62,969 nucleotides of DNA from Oscillospiraceae bacterium (GTDB lineage: Bacteria > Bacillota > Clostridia > Oscillospirales > JAGBHD01): contig JAGBHD010000030.1 in assembly GCA_018110785.1 (NCBI GenBank), positions 1 to 62,969 of the forward strand. The letters are read 5' to 3'. Shown here in pieces: positions 45,451-56,628 of this stretch; position 1 is the stretch's first letter; each line of letters starts with the position of its first letter. The notes under the pieces were generated by a model. That model was not told where the DNA came from. It did no database searches and worked only from the letters and a program-made list of their open reading frames with translations. A program made the position numbers and the translations under genes.

Positions 45451-47460
45451 ATGCATTGGTCGGAGGAAATAGCAGAAAAGATTATTAAGAGAAATCCCGA
45501 TAAGGAAGAATATGTTTGCGCGGCAGGTATATCTCCATCGGGCTCTATTCATATAGGAAATTTCCGCGATATTGCAACAAGCTATTTTGTTGTTAAGGCG
45601 CTGAGAAAAAAGGGTAAAAAAGCAAAGCTTCTTTTCTCTTGGGACGAATTTGACCGTCTTCGCAAGGTGCCTGTTAATGTTGCGGCGGTAGCAGAGGGCT
45701 TCGAAAAATATATCGGTATGCCTTATGTTGATGTTCCCGATCCTTTCGGAAAAGAAAAAAGCTATGCCGTTTATTTCGAGAAGGAATTCGAAGAGGCTAT
45801 AAAGAAATTCGGGATAGAGATGGATTACCGCCATCAGGCTGAGATGTATCGCAGCGGAAAATATGAAGAAAATATTATCTTTGCTTTGAAAAAGCGCAAG
45901 GAGATTTTTGATATTATCGATTCTCACCGCACTCAAGAGGCGGCAGATGGCGAGAGAGATGCTTATTTCCCTGTTAACATTTATTGCGATAAGTGCGGCA
46001 AGGATACGGGAAAGCTTACATCTGTTAATGACGACTGCACAGAGGGAGAATACTCCTGCTCTTGCGGACACTCGGGACATATTGATTTCAGAAAAAATCA
46101 TAATGTTAAGCTTTTATGGAAGATAGACTGGCCGATGAGATGGATGTATGAGGGGGTTGATTTCGAGCCCGGCGGAAAGGATCATGCTTCTTTAAACGGA
46201 AGCTATGACACAAGCCGAGAGATTTGCGAGAAGATTTTTGGCTTCCCCGCTCCTATTTTCCAAGGCTATGAGTTTATCGGAATTAAGGGAACAACGGGCA
46301 AGATGAGCGGCTCTTCGGGACTTAATTTAACACCCGACGCGCTTCTTAAGATTTATCAGCCTGAGGTTATTTTATGGCTTTATTCCAAAACAGAGCCTAT
46401 GAAGGCATTTGACTTCTGCTTTGATGACGGAATTTTAAGACAGTATTTCGAGTTTGACAAGATGAATGCGGCTGTTAAAGACGGAACTGCTGACGAGAGA
46501 ACTGAGAGCATTATTTATAATACTGTAGTTTCGGGCAGGGAAGTTAGAGAGGTTCCTATGTCGCTTTTAGTTCAGCTCGGAAGTATTGTTGATTTTAATG
46601 TTCCGATGCTTGAAACTGTTTTCTCGAAAATCGGAATGTCCTATAAATATGAGGATTTCAGCGACAGATTGGAAAGGGCTAAATACTGGCTTGAAAACTG
46701 CTCACCTGAAAATGTTAATAAGCTTCGCGAAACCCGCAATTTTGAGGTTTATGATGCTTTAACCGAAGCCGAAAAGGCTAATATCGCAGAGCTTTATAAA
46801 TATTTATCGGCGGGTGGATACACCTTAGATGAGCTTAATACCGAGCTTTATGCTATACCGAAAAGAACAGCGGGAGAGGTTTCAGAAAAAGAGCTTAAGG
46901 CTCAGCAGGGAACGTTCTTTAAAAATGTTTATAAGCTTTTAATTGACAAGGAAAAAGGTCCGCGTCTTTATCTTTTCTTATACGCTATAGAGCCTGAAAG
47001 ATTCTTGGGCCTTTTGGATTTCTCCTATCCGAAAACCGAGGAGGAGATAGCAAAGGAAGCGGCTTTATCAGCTCCGACGGAAGAGAAAAAAGAAAAGGTT
47101 TACGGCGAGCCTGACCCTGTTTCGGAAGTAGCTCCTGAGATAGTTATGGAAGATTTCGATAAAATTGATCTTCGCGTTTGCAAGATATTAAAGGCGAGCG
47201 AAATCAGAAAGAGCCATAGCTGCTTAAAGCTTACCTTATTTGACGGGCTGAAAGAGCGCGTTATTGTGTCTTCCATAAAGAATGATTATGCTCCCGAAGA
47301 GTTAATTGGAAAGAAGATAATCGTTTTAGCAAATCTCAAAAGCGCGAGATTTTCGGGTGTTGAGAGCGAGGGAATGCTCCTTGCGGCAACAAACAATGCC
47401 TGCGGCTGCAGAGTTATCTTCTTAGACGACGATATTCCCGAGGGGACAAGACTTCATTAA
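45451..47460 (+). CDS. lysK: class I lysine--tRNA ligase fused to a C-terminal Trbp111/EMAP-like tRNA-binding domain
   Basis: HIGN (SIHIGNFRD) and KMSGS class I motifs, and a Cys-rich insertion CDKCG ... CSCGH. The last ~110 aa (DLRVCKILKASE ... VESEGMLLAA) match the OB-fold tRNA-binding domain seen at the C-terminus of MetRS. RBS AAGGAGA before the ATG at 45451. Confidence 0.85.
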   Translation: MHWSEEIAEKIIKRNPDKEEYVCAAGISPSGSIHIGNFRDIATSYFVVKALRKKGKKAKLLFSWDEFDRLRKVPVNVAAVAEGFEKYIGMPYVDVPDPFGKEKSYAVYFEKEFEEAIKKFGIEMDYRHQAEMYRSGKYEENIIFALKKRKEIFDIIDSHRTQEAADGERDAYFPVNIYCDKCGKDTGKLTSVNDDCTEGEYSCSCGHSGHIDFRKNHNVKLLWKIDWPMRWMYEGVDFEPGGKDHASLNGSYDTSREICEKIFGFPAPIFQGYEFIGIKGTTGKMSGSSGLNLTPDALLKIYQPEVILWLYSKTEPMKAFDFCFDDGILRQYFEFDKMNAAVKDGTADERTESIIYNTVVSGREVREVPMSLLVQLGSIVDFNVPMLETVFSKIGMSYKYEDFSDRLERAKYWLENCSPENVNKLRETRNFEVYDALTEAEKANIAELYKYLSAGGYTLDELNTELYAIPKRTAGEVSEKELKAQQGTFFKNVYKLLIDKEKGPRLYLFLYAIEPERFLGLLDFSYPKTEEEIAKEAALSAPTEEKKEKVYGEPDPVSEVAPEIVMEDFDKIDLRVCKILKASEIRKSHSCLKLTLFDGLKERVIVSSIKNDYAPEELIGKKIIVLANLKSARFSGVESEGMLLAATNNACGCRVIFLDDDIPEGTRLH

Positions 47461-47463
47461 AAT

Positions 47464-47495
47464 AAAAAAAGTCCGTTGAAAAACGGGCTTTTTTA
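47464..47495 (+). terminator. intrinsic terminator
   Basis: AAAGTCCG..CGGGCTTT hairpin followed by TTTTTT. Confidence 0.7.
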
Positions 47496-47564
47496 TTTAA
47501 ATAATTGCTAAAAGGCTTATATTGTGGTAAACTAAACATAATTGATTGTTTAAGGAGTTTTGAG

Positions 47565-49076
47565 ATGCGCTCGAGCGGAATTTTAATGCCGATTTTTTCT
47601 CTTCCTTCGTCTCACGGAATAGGAACATTCGGAAAAGAGGCTTACAGATTTGTTGATTTTTTAAAAAAGGCAGGGCAGACCTATTGGCAGATACTGCCCT
47701 TAAATCCTACCGATTTGGGGGATTCGCCCTATCAATCCTTTTCCTGTGCGGCGGGAAATCCTTATTTTATAGATTTAGACCTTTTAAAAGAGGACGGGCT
47801 TTTAACGGAGAAGGATTATAAAAATATTTTCTTTGGAAGTGATTCCGAAAGGGTTGATTATGATGCGCTTTCTAAAAACAGATATGCTGTTTTAAGAAAG
47901 GCATATGAGAATTTTACCGATAAAAAAGGGGAGCTTTGCGCCTTTAAGGAAGAGCAAAAAGAATGGCTCCAGCCTTACTCTTTATTTATGGCTATAAGGG
48001 ATTTTCTTGGCGGAATTTCTCTTATAGATTGGCCTATAGAGCTTCGTTTTAAAGAGCCGAAGGCTATAGAAAGAGTGACTGAAGAGCTTAAAGAGGAAAT
48101 CGGATTTTACTCTTTTATTCAGTTTCTTTTTTACCGCCAATGGGCGGATTTGAAGGCTTATGCGAATAAAAATTCGATTAAGATTATCGGGGATATGCCG
48201 ATATATGTTTCTTCCGACAGCGCAGATGTTTGGTGGGAGCCGAAATGTTTTCAGCTTGATAAAAACCTTTTGCCAAAGGTTGTTGCGGGAGTTCCGCCCG
48301 ATGCTTTCTCTGAAGACGGACAGCTTTGGGGAATGCCCGTTTATGATTGGGGATATATGCAAAAGCAAGAGGAGCCTTACAGCTTTTGGAAGAGAAGGCT
48401 AAAAAATGCTTTTTCGCTTTATGATGTTGTAAGGATTGACCATTTCAGAGCTTTTGAGGCTTATTTTACCATACCTCGCGGCGCTGAAAGCGCCAAAGAG
48501 GGCGTTTGGAAGAAAGGTCCCGGAATGAAGCTTTTTAAAGAGCTTAAAGCTTATTTCGGCACGGAGCTTCCTATTATTGCAGAGGATTTAGGCTTTTTAA
48601 CAGAGGGCGTTAAAAAGCTTCTAAAGGCAACGGGATTTCCCGGAATGAAGGTTTTGCAGTTTGCCTTTGATTCGAGAGAAGAGAGCGACTATTTACCTCA
48701 TAATTATCCTAAAAACTGCGTAGTTTATACGGGAACTCACGATAACGATACTATTTTAGGCTGGGCTAAAAGCGCTCCTAAAAGCGATGTTGAATACGCG
48801 ATGAAATATATGAATGCTGAAAAGGATATTCATTGGGCTATGATGAAAACGGCTTTGGCTTCTGTAGCCGATACGGCGATTTTAATGATGCCCGATATTA
48901 TAGGGCTTGGAAGCGAGGGCAGAATAAATACCCCCTCTACTATCGGCGGAAACTGGGCTTGGAGAATTAAAGGGGAATGCATAAACGATTGGTTAGCTTC
49001 GGTTTTATTGGAAAACACCCAAGTTTATAAAAGAACGGCGAAAAATTACTCTAAAACTATGGAAATTTTAAAATAA
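47565..49076 (+). CDS. malQ: 4-alpha-glucanotransferase (amylomaltase, GH77)
   Basis: [22 protein letters not shown] ... DSPYQS ... RIDHFRAF are classic GH77 motifs. AAGGAG RBS before the ATG at 47565. Confidence 0.92.
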   Translation: MRSSGILMPIFSLPSSHGIGTFGKEAYRFVDFLKKAGQTYWQILPLNPTDLGDSPYQSFSCAAGNPYFIDLDLLKEDGLLTEKDYKNIFFGSDSERVDYDALSKNRYAVLRKAYENFTDKKGELCAFKEEQKEWLQPYSLFMAIRDFLGGISLIDWPIELRFKEPKAIERVTEELKEEIGFYSFIQFLFYRQWADLKAYANKNSIKIIGDMPIYVSSDSADVWWEPKCFQLDKNLLPKVVAGVPPDAFSEDGQLWGMPVYDWGYMQKQEEPYSFWKRRLKNAFSLYDVVRIDHFRAFEAYFTIPRGAESAKEGVWKKGPGMKLFKELKAYFGTELPIIAEDLGFLTEGVKKLLKATGFPGMKVLQFAFDSREESDYLPHNYPKNCVVYTGTHDNDTILGWAKSAPKSDVEYAMKYMNAEKDIHWAMMKTALASVADTAILMMPDIIGLGSEGRINTPSTIGGNWAWRIKGECINDWLASVLLENTQVYKRTAKNYSKTMEILK

Positions 49077-49119
49077 CTGTGGTAAAATAATACTATTCTA
49101 TATTTCGAGGAGAAGAATA

Positions 49120-50511
49120 ATGGCATATATCAATCTGCGAGAGATTTTCAGAGACAGAGAAAGCTTTTATGATAAAGAGGTTTTGATAGGCGGCTGGGTG
49201 CGCTCTAACCGCGATAGCAAGGCCTTTGGTTTTCTTGTTGTTAACGATGGAACCTATTTTGAGCCTGTTCAGGTAGTTTATTCCGATAAGATAAATAATT
49301 TTGATGAGATAAGACGACTTAATGTTGGAACGGCAGTTTCGGTTAAGGGAAAGCTTATTGCAACGCCGACTGCTCCTCAGCCTTTTGAAATTCAGGCTGA
49401 AGAAGTTTTGGTAGAAGGCGCTTGTCCTCCCGATTATCCTTTGCAGAAAAAGGGACATTCGATGGAGTTTTTAAGAAGCATTTCTCATTTAAGAGCGAGA
49501 ACTAATACTTTTCAGGCGGTTTTCCGCGTTCGCTCGCTTGCGGCATACGCTATTCATAAATTTTTCCAAGAGCGTGGCTTTGTTTATGTTCATACTCCGA
49601 TTATAACCGCGAGCGACTGCGAGGGAGCGGGCGAGATGTTCCGCGTTACAACCCTTGATATGGATAATCTTCCTAAAACCGACAAAGGAGAGATTGATTA
49701 TTCTAAAGACTTTTTCGGAAAGTCTGCCAACCTTACAGTTTCGGGACAGTTAAACGGCGAGACCTATGCTCAGAGCTTTAAAAATATTTACACCTTTGGT
49801 CCTACTTTCAGAGCTGAAAATTCCAATACCGCGCGCCACGCGGCAGAGTTCTGGATGATTGAGCCTGAGATTTCCTTTGCTGACCTTAAAGACGACATGG
49901 TACTTGCTGAGAGCATGATTAAATACATAATCAGATATGTTTTAGAGAATGCTCCGAAGGAAATGGAATTTTTCAACAAGTTTATTGATAAAGGACTTAT
50001 TGAGAGATTAAATCTTGTTATGTCTTCTGATTTCGGCCATGTTACCTATACAGAGGCTATTGAGATACTTGAGAAGAATAACGATAAATTTGATTACAAG
50101 GTAAGCTGGGGCTGCGATTTGCAGACTGAGCATGAAAGATATCTAACCGAAGAAATCTTTAAGCGCCCTGTTTTCGTTACCGATTATCCGAAAGAGATTA
50201 AGGCTTTCTATATGAAGCTTAATCCCGACGGCAAGACTGTTGCGGCGATGGACTGCTTAGTTCCCGGTATCGGCGAGATTATCGGCGGAAGCCAGCGCGA
50301 AGACGATTTGGAAAAATTAACCCAGAGAATGGACGAATTAGGTCTTAAAAAAGAGGATTACGGCTTCTATTTGGACCTTAGAAAATACGGCTCTTCCCGC
50401 CACGCAGGCTTTGGTCTTGGATTTGAGCGCTGTGTTATGTATTTAACGGGTATGTCTAACATCAGAGATGTTCTTCCGTTCCCGAGAACAACGGGAAGCT
50501 GCGAGCTTTAA
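49120..50511 (+). CDS. asnS: asparagine--tRNA ligase
   Basis: 463 aa. Class IIb motifs ([29 protein letters not shown]). Confidence 0.93.
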   Translation: MAYINLREIFRDRESFYDKEVLIGGWVRSNRDSKAFGFLVVNDGTYFEPVQVVYSDKINNFDEIRRLNVGTAVSVKGKLIATPTAPQPFEIQAEEVLVEGACPPDYPLQKKGHSMEFLRSISHLRARTNTFQAVFRVRSLAAYAIHKFFQERGFVYVHTPIITASDCEGAGEMFRVTTLDMDNLPKTDKGEIDYSKDFFGKSANLTVSGQLNGETYAQSFKNIYTFGPTFRAENSNTARHAAEFWMIEPEISFADLKDDMVLAESMIKYIIRYVLENAPKEMEFFNKFIDKGLIERLNLVMSSDFGHVTYTEAIEILEKNNDKFDYKVSWGCDLQTEHERYLTEEIFKRPVFVTDYPKEIKAFYMKLNPDGKTVAAMDCLVPGIGEIIGGSQREDDLEKLTQRMDELGLKKEDYGFYLDLRKYGSSRHAGFGLGFERCVMYLTGMSNIRDVLPFPRTTGSCEL

Positions 50512-50534
50512 ACCTAAACACTATAATATCCATT

Positions 50535-50562
50535 ATGGCACACTTATCTAAAAGTGTGCCAT
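50535..50562 (+). terminator. terminator-like hairpin after asnS
   Basis: 11-bp perfect stem ATGGCACACTT / AAGTGTGCCAT. There is no clear T-tract. Confidence 0.4.
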
Positions 50563-50582
50563 AGTTGCTGATTGGAGAGATT

Positions 50583-50966
50583 ATGAAACCGATTTTTATT
50601 CTCTCGGGAGAGATTGTTCACGGGAAAGAGATAGGCAGAAAAATGGATATGCCGACAGCCAATCTCGATATTTTAAAGCAAAGCTTGCCGCCTTTCGGGG
50701 TTTATGCTTCGGTTATAGAAATAGGGGACAAAAGCTATATGGGAATTACCAATATAGGGTTTCGGCCTACCATAGATAACGAAAAAACGGCAACTGCCGA
50801 GACCTATATTTTAGATTTTAGCGGCAGCATTTACGGCGAGAGGGTTATCTTAAAGCTTTATGAAAAGCTAAGGGAAACTTTTCGTTTTTCCTCTAAAAAG
50901 GCTTTAAGAGAGCAGATAAGAAAAGACGAGGAAAAGACGAGGACTATACTACACCATCTTTTTTAA
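50583..50966 (+). CDS. stand-alone riboflavin kinase domain protein
   Basis: 127 aa. GEIVHGKEIGRKMDMPTANLDI ... NIGFRPTI ... ETYILDF matches the C-terminal kinase half of RibF. No FAD synthetase half is attached. Confidence 0.75.
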   Translation: MKPIFILSGEIVHGKEIGRKMDMPTANLDILKQSLPPFGVYASVIEIGDKSYMGITNIGFRPTIDNEKTATAETYILDFSGSIYGERVILKLYEKLRETFRFSSKKALREQIRKDEEKTRTILHHLF

Positions 50967-51642
50967 AGCAACGGTGCAGCTTTTCTAAGGCTCTTTTTTC
51001 TATTCTCGAAACATATGAGCGGGAAATGCCGAGAAGCTTTGCGGTTTTAAGCTGGGTTAAGGCGGCTTTGCCCGAAAGACCATAACGAAGGCAGATTATT
51101 TTTTGCTCTCTCTCATCGAGGGCGGATTTTATATATCCCCGAAGGCGCTTTGCTTTCATTTGGGAATCGAGAGAATCTATCATATCGAAGTCTTCCGATA
51201 TTATGTCCCCTAAGGTTAGGGTATTGCCCTCGCCATCGGTATCAATAGGATCGCTTATAAAAACGTCTTGCGAGGTTTTCTTGGTGCTTCTGAAAAACAT
51301 TAAGATTTCATTTTCGATACATTTAGAGGCATAGGTTGCAAATCTTGTGCCCTTTTCATAAGAAAAAGAAGAAACAGCCTTGATAAGCCCGATTGTTCCT
51401 ATTGAAATTAAATCCTCATCTCCGCCGCCTGCGGAATAATATTTTTTGATGATATGGGCCACAAGCCTCAGATTATGCTCGATAAGCTTGTTTCTTGCCT
51501 CTTCATCGCCGCTTTCCCGAAGCCTTTCGAAAGCCTCTTTTTCTTCCTTGGCAGACAGCGGCTTTGGAAATGAGCCCGGATTTTCGAAATAGAGAGAAAA
51601 AAACAAGACCTTTGTAATAAGATTTGATATAAGCTCTAACAT
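50944..51642 (-). CDS. sigK: sporulation sigma factor SigK (uninterrupted)
   Basis: A pro-sequence followed by SFPKPLSAKEE ... LIEHNLRLVAHIIKKY ... ISRSYVSRIEKRAL. This is closer to SigK than to SigE signatures. GAGGTG RBS before the ATG at 51642. Confidence 0.8.
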   Translation of the reverse strand: MLELISNLITKVLFFSLYFENPGSFPKPLSAKEEKEAFERLRESGDEEARNKLIEHNLRLVAHIIKKYYSAGGGDEDLISIGTIGLIKAVSSFSYEKGTRFATYASKCIENEILMFFRSTKKTSQDVFISDPIDTDGEGNTLTLGDIISEDFDMIDSLDSQMKAKRLRGYIKSALDEREQKIICLRYGLSGKAALTQLKTAKLLGISRSYVSRIEKRALEKLHRCFKKDGVV

Positions 51643-51777
51643 AAATTTACACCTCAAAAAGAGGTTATGCTCTTTTTAGTTTGTACCATTCCGCATTCGG
51701 TAAAATGTATAAATTACGACATTCAAAACGGCGGGATATGTGCAAGAGGTAAAATTTTGAAAAAACATAAATAGTTG

Positions 51778-51846
51778 TTGCATATTTATTCAAAATATGT
51801 TATTATTATTCACGTAGAAATTAAATAATTTGCATATTATGCATTT
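51778..51846 (+). promoter_or_regulatory. putative ArgR operators (ARG boxes) and promoter of the arg-pro cluster
   Basis: TTGCATATTTATTCAAAA (51778-51795) and the palindrome TGCATATTATGCA (51831-51843) resemble Firmicute ARG boxes (TGMAT-AT-rich-ATKCA). The second lies between the promoter region and the argG RBS. Confidence 0.5.
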
Positions 51847-51859
51847 GGAGGAGTTAGAA

Positions 51860-53089
51860 ATGAATAAAAATGGTATAAAAAAGGTAGTTCTTGCATATTC
51901 GGGCGGACTTGATACTTCTATCATCATTCCGTGGCTTAAAGAAAACTACGGAAACCCCGAAATTATCGCAGTTTCAGGTAATGTTGGACAGGCTGATGAA
52001 TTAGAGGGACTTGAAGAAAAGGCGCTTAAAACAGGAGCAAGCAAGCTTTATGTTGAAGACCTTACAAAAGAGTTTTTAGAGGATTATGTTTTTCCCTGCG
52101 TTCAGGCGGGAGCTTTATATGAAAACTATATGCTCGGAACAGCTTTTGCCCGTCCGCCTATAGCAAAAAGAATTGCTGAGATAGCAATTAAAGAGGGAGC
52201 TGACGCTATTTGCCACGGCTGCACAGGTAAAGGAAACGATCAGGTTCGTTTTGAACTTGCTATTAAGGCTTTTGCTCCCGATATGAAGATAATTGCTCCT
52301 TGGAGAGAATGGGATATCAAGTCCCGCGAGGAGGAGATAGCTTACGCTGAGGCGCATAATGTTCCTTTAAAAATAAACCGCGAGACCAACTATTCTAAGG
52401 ATAAAAACATATGGCACTTATCTCATGAGGGATTAGACCTTGAGGATCCCAAAAACGAGCCGACATATAATAAGCCCGGATTTTTGGAGATGGGTGTTTC
52501 TCCTGAGATGGCTCCCGATAAGCCTACATATGTTACAATTCATTTCGAGAAGGGCGTTCCTACCGCGGTTGACGGCAAGGAAATGGGCGCTGTTGAATTA
52601 GTTTCTACCTTAAACAAGCTCGGCGGAGAAAACGGAATCGGACTTTTGGATATCGTTGAGAACCGCTTGGTTGGTATGAAATGCCGCGGAGTTTATGAAA
52701 CTCCCGGAGGAGCTATTCTTTACAAGGCGCATGAGGTTTTGGAAACAATTTGTCTTGATAAGGAAACCGCTCATTACAAGGCGCTTGTTGCTCAGAAGTT
52801 AGCTGAGCTTGTTTACAACGCTCAGTGGTTTACTCCTTTAACCGAGGCTATTCTTTCCTTTGTTAAAACAACCCAGAAGACCGTTACCGGTGATGTTACC
52901 TTAAAGCTTTACAAGGGAAATATGATAAATGCAGGGGTTACATCTCCTTATTCACTTTACGATCCTGAGATTGCAACCTTTGATGAAGACGATGTTTATG
53001 ATCAGGCTGAATCAGCAGGCTTTATCAACCTTTACGGACTTCCGACAAAGGTTTATGCTAAGATGAAGGCAAAAAACAATTTAAAGTAG
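51860..53089 (+). CDS. argG: argininosuccinate synthase
   Basis: [15 protein letters not shown]-PPase motif. About 409 aa. Confidence 0.95.
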   Translation: MNKNGIKKVVLAYSGGLDTSIIIPWLKENYGNPEIIAVSGNVGQADELEGLEEKALKTGASKLYVEDLTKEFLEDYVFPCVQAGALYENYMLGTAFARPPIAKRIAEIAIKEGADAICHGCTGKGNDQVRFELAIKAFAPDMKIIAPWREWDIKSREEEIAYAEAHNVPLKINRETNYSKDKNIWHLSHEGLDLEDPKNEPTYNKPGFLEMGVSPEMAPDKPTYVTIHFEKGVPTAVDGKEMGAVELVSTLNKLGGENGIGLLDIVENRLVGMKCRGVYETPGGAILYKAHEVLETICLDKETAHYKALVAQKLAELVYNAQWFTPLTEAILSFVKTTQKTVTGDVTLKLYKGNMINAGVTSPYSLYDPEIATFDEDDVYDQAESAGFINLYGLPTKVYAKMKAKNNLK

Positions 53090-53098
53090 GGTTTTAGT

Positions 53099-54475
53099 AT
53101 GGAAAAAATGTGGGCAGGAAGATTTTCTAAGGCGCTTGATAAGATAGCTGACGATTTTAATTCTTCAATTCATATTGATTCAAGAATGTACCGTCAGGAT
53201 ATAAAAGGCTCGATGGCGCACGCGGCTATGCTCGCCGCTAAAGGAATAATTTCCAAAGACGACAGCGACAAGATTATTGACACCTTAGGGGACATACTTT
53301 CTGATATTGACAGCGGTAAAACGGAAATAGATTTTAATGCCGAAGATATTCATATGTTTATTGAAGCAGAGCTTACTTCTCGTATTGGCGACATTGGCAA
53401 GAGGCTTCATACCGCAAGAAGCAGAAACGATCAGGTTGCTTTGGATATAAGACTTTATTTAAGAGATGAGACCGAAGAGATCATTTCTTTGATTAAAGCT
53501 TTAATCAAGGCGATAGCCGGCAAGGCTTCAGAAAATAAAGATGTTATTATGCCCGGATACACCCATCTTCAGAGGGCTCAGCCTATTTCCTTTGCTCATC
53601 ACATTTTAGCCTACGCTATGATGCTTGTTCGGGATATCGGACGGCTTGAAGACGCTGCCGCGCGGATGAATTTTTCTCCGCTCGGCTCTTGCGCTTTAGC
53701 AGGAACAACCTATAACACCGATAGGGAAATGACCGCTAAGGCTCTCGGATTTGACGGATACACCTTAAACAGCATTGACGGTGTTTCGGACAGAGATTTT
53801 GTTATAGAATTACTCTCTGCATTATCTACGGTTATGATGCATCTTTCCCGTTTTTCGGAGGAAATAATTCTTTGGTCAAGCTGGGAATTTAAGTTTATAG
53901 AGCTTGATGACAGCTATACTACGGGCTCGAGCATCATGCCGCAGAAGAAAAACCCCGATATGGCGGAGCTTGTTAGAGGAAAGACGGGCAGAGTTTACGG
54001 CGATTTATTTACAATCCTTACCATTTTAAAGGGACTTCCCCTTGCATACAACAAGGATATGCAGGAGGATAAAGAGGCTATATTCGACGCTTTAGATACC
54101 GTTAAGGTTTGCCTTGAGGTTTTCGCGCCGATGATAGAAACTATGAAAACTATCCCTGAAAATATGGAAAAGGCGGCGTCGGGCGGTTTTATAAACGCTA
54201 CCGACCTTGCCGACTATTTGGTTAAAAAAGGTATGCCTTTCAGAACAGCCTATAAGCATGTTGGCGAGATTGTTGCTTACTGCATTAAAGAGGGGCTTGT
54301 TTTAGAAACAATGCCGATAGAGAAATACAAAGAGTTTTCTCCTTATTTTGATAACGACCTTTATGATGAGATTTCGCTTGTTTCCTGCGTTAAAAAGCGC
54401 ATTTCGGCAGGAGGAACAGGCGAAGACTCGGTTTTAAAACAGATTGAATTTGTTACGGAGTTTTTAAATGCTTAA
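53099..54475 (+). CDS. argH: argininosuccinate lyase
   Basis: MWAGRFSK N-terminus and the GSSIMPQKKNPD signature. Confidence 0.95.
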   Translation: MEKMWAGRFSKALDKIADDFNSSIHIDSRMYRQDIKGSMAHAAMLAAKGIISKDDSDKIIDTLGDILSDIDSGKTEIDFNAEDIHMFIEAELTSRIGDIGKRLHTARSRNDQVALDIRLYLRDETEEIISLIKALIKAIAGKASENKDVIMPGYTHLQRAQPISFAHHILAYAMMLVRDIGRLEDAAARMNFSPLGSCALAGTTYNTDREMTAKALGFDGYTLNSIDGVSDRDFVIELLSALSTVMMHLSRFSEEIILWSSWEFKFIELDDSYTTGSSIMPQKKNPDMAELVRGKTGRVYGDLFTILTILKGLPLAYNKDMQEDKEAIFDALDTVKVCLEVFAPMIETMKTIPENMEKAASGGFINATDLADYLVKKGMPFRTAYKHVGEIVAYCIKEGLVLETMPIEKYKEFSPYFDNDLYDEISLVSCVKKRISAGGTGEDSVLKQIEFVTEFLNA

Positions 54476-55403
54476 AAAGATTTTTATTGACGGAAGCGCG
54501 GGAACAACGGGGCTTAGAATAAGAGAGCGCTTGGAAAAGAGAGCGGATATTTCTTTAATTACTCTTCCCGAAGAGAAAAGAAAGGATACAGAGGCTCGAA
54601 AAGAGGCTTTAAATAAAGCCGATATTGCTTTTCTTTGTCTTCCCGATGCGGCGGCTATAGAGGCGGTTTCTTTAATTGATAACCCCGATACGATAGTTAT
54701 AGACACCTCTACAGCCCACAGAACTAATCCTAACTTTGCTTATGGGTTTCCTGAGCTTTCCGAGAAATTCTATGAGAAGATAAAAAATTCTAAGAGAATT
54801 GCAGTTCCAGGTTGCCACGCGAGCGGATTTATAGCTTTGGTTTATCCTTTGATAGAAAAGGGGATTTTAGCTCCCGATGCGCTTTTAAGCTGTACTTCCT
54901 TGACCGGCTATTCGGGCGGCGGAAAGCAGATGATTGCCGAATATCAAAGCGGTGAGCGCGATGAGCTTTTAGGCGCTCCCAGACAATACGGTATTTCTCA
55001 GAAGCATAAGCATTTGCCCGAAATGAAAGTTATTACGGGAATAGAAACCGAGCCTTTGTTCATTCCGATAGTTGCCGATTTTTACAGCGGCATGGAGGTT
55101 ACGGTTCCTGTTTTTAAAAAGATGCTTAAAGAAGGCTCTTCGATAGAGGATATAAAGGCTATATATAAAGAGAAATACAAAGGTCCTATTGTTTCCTATA
55201 ACGAGGCGACAGACGAAAGCGGATTTTTATCGGCTTTAAGCTATTCGGGAAAGGATAGCATGGAGATATCTGTTTTTGGAAATGAGGACAGAATTTTACT
55301 TACAGCAAGATACGATAACCTCGGCAAGGGGGCTTCGGGCGCTGCTGTAGAGTGTATGAATATATGTTTAGGTGTGGAGAAGACCACAGGATTGGAGATA
55401 TAA
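54468..55403 (+). CDS. argC: N-acetyl-gamma-glutamyl-phosphate reductase (short type)
   Basis: 311 aa with a GxxGxxG N-terminus and active-site PGCHASG. Confidence 0.88.
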   Translation: MLKKIFIDGSAGTTGLRIRERLEKRADISLITLPEEKRKDTEARKEALNKADIAFLCLPDAAAIEAVSLIDNPDTIVIDTSTAHRTNPNFAYGFPELSEKFYEKIKNSKRIAVPGCHASGFIALVYPLIEKGILAPDALLSCTSLTGYSGGGKQMIAEYQSGERDELLGAPRQYGISQKHKHLPEMKVITGIETEPLFIPIVADFYSGMEVTVPVFKKMLKEGSSIEDIKAIYKEKYKGPIVSYNEATDESGFLSALSYSGKDSMEISVFGNEDRILLTARYDNLGKGASGAAVECMNICLGVEKTTGLEI

Positions 55404-56617
55404 TGGACATAATTTCCGGCGGCGTTTGCGCCGCAAAAGGTTTTTTAGCTAACGGAATACACTGCGGAATTAGAAAAAACCGCTCTAAAAGGGATTTAGC
55501 TCTTATTGTTTCAGAAAAAAGAGCAAATACTGCCGCAGTTTATACGACCAACCTTGTAAAGGGTGCGCCCTTGACAGTTACTAAGGAGCACATTTCCGAC
55601 GGTTTTGCAAGAGCTATAATCTGCAACAGCGGAAACGCTAACACCTGCAACGCTGACGGCATTGAGATTGCCGAGAAGATGAGCGAGGCTTTAGGAGAAA
55701 AGCTTAAAATAAGCCCTTCAGACATAGTTGTTGCATCAACGGGTGTTATCGGTCAGCCCTTGGATTTAACCCCTATAAAAAACGGAATCCCCGCTTTGGT
55801 AGAAGGTCTTGCGGCTGATGGCTCTGATTTTGCGGCTGAGGGAATTATGACTACCGATACCCGCCTTAAAGAGGTTGCTGTCAGCTTTAAGATAGGCTCT
55901 AAGGAATGCAAAATCGGCGGTATAGCTAAGGGCTCGGGAATGATTCACCCCAATATGGCAACTATGCTTGTTTTTATAACTACCGACTGCGCTATTTCTT
56001 CTGAGATGCTTAAAAAAGCATTATCCTCTGATATTCAGAATACCTTTAACATGGTAAGCGTTGACGGGGATACATCAACTAACGATATGGTTGTTGTTAT
56101 GGCGAATGGTATGGCTGAAAATGAGGAGATTATCGCTGAGGGCGAGGAATTTTCCGAGTTTATGAAGGCTTTAAATACAGTTACCGTTAATCTTTGCCGC
56201 AAGATTGCCGCAGACGGAGAGGGAGCTACAAAGCTGCTTGAATGCTCGGTTTCGGGAGCGAAATCCTTAGAAATTGCGAAGACTGCCGCTAAATCGGTTA
56301 TCTGCTCCTCCCTTACAAAGGCGGCTATGTTCGGCGCTGATGCTAACTGGGGAAGAATTTTATGCGCTATAGGTTATTCGGGCGCTGATGTTGATACCTC
56401 TAAGATTGATGTTTCCTTTAAATCCAAAAAGGGCGAGATTGAGGTTTGCCGCGGCGGCGCGGGAATAGACTTTTCGGAAGAAAAGGCAAAAGAGATTTTA
56501 TTGGAAGACGAAATTGAAATTATTGTATCCTTAGGCGACGGGAAATACGCCTCCACCGCTTGGGGTTGCGATTTAACATATGATTATGTTAAAATAAACG
56601 GAGATTACAGAACTTAG
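55403..56617 (+). CDS. argJ: bifunctional ornithine acetyltransferase / N-acetylglutamate synthase
   Basis: The autoprocessing site GMIHPNMATML is typical of ArgJ. The ATG overlaps the argC stop. Confidence 0.93.
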   Translation: MDIISGGVCAAKGFLANGIHCGIRKNRSKRDLALIVSEKRANTAAVYTTNLVKGAPLTVTKEHISDGFARAIICNSGNANTCNADGIEIAEKMSEALGEKLKISPSDIVVASTGVIGQPLDLTPIKNGIPALVEGLAADGSDFAAEGIMTTDTRLKEVAVSFKIGSKECKIGGIAKGSGMIHPNMATMLVFITTDCAISSEMLKKALSSDIQNTFNMVSVDGDTSTNDMVVVMANGMAENEEIIAEGEEFSEFMKALNTVTVNLCRKIAADGEGATKLLECSVSGAKSLEIAKTAAKSVICSSLTKAAMFGADANWGRILCAIGYSGADVDTSKIDVSFKSKKGEIEVCRGGAGIDFSEEKAKEILLEDEIEIIVSLGDGKYASTAWGCDLTYDYVKINGDYRT

Positions 56618-56628
56618 GAGTTTAGTTT

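Noticed and set aside
45400-46101. 233-aa minus-strand ORF
   Set aside because: It is antisense to the class I lysS gene and crosses its promoter. It is a shadow ORF with no RBS and low-complexity hydrophobic composition.
50944-51642. Possible skin-like interruption of sigK
   Set aside because: The ORF is continuous from the pro-sequence to region 4.2, so no intervening element or recombinase is present here.
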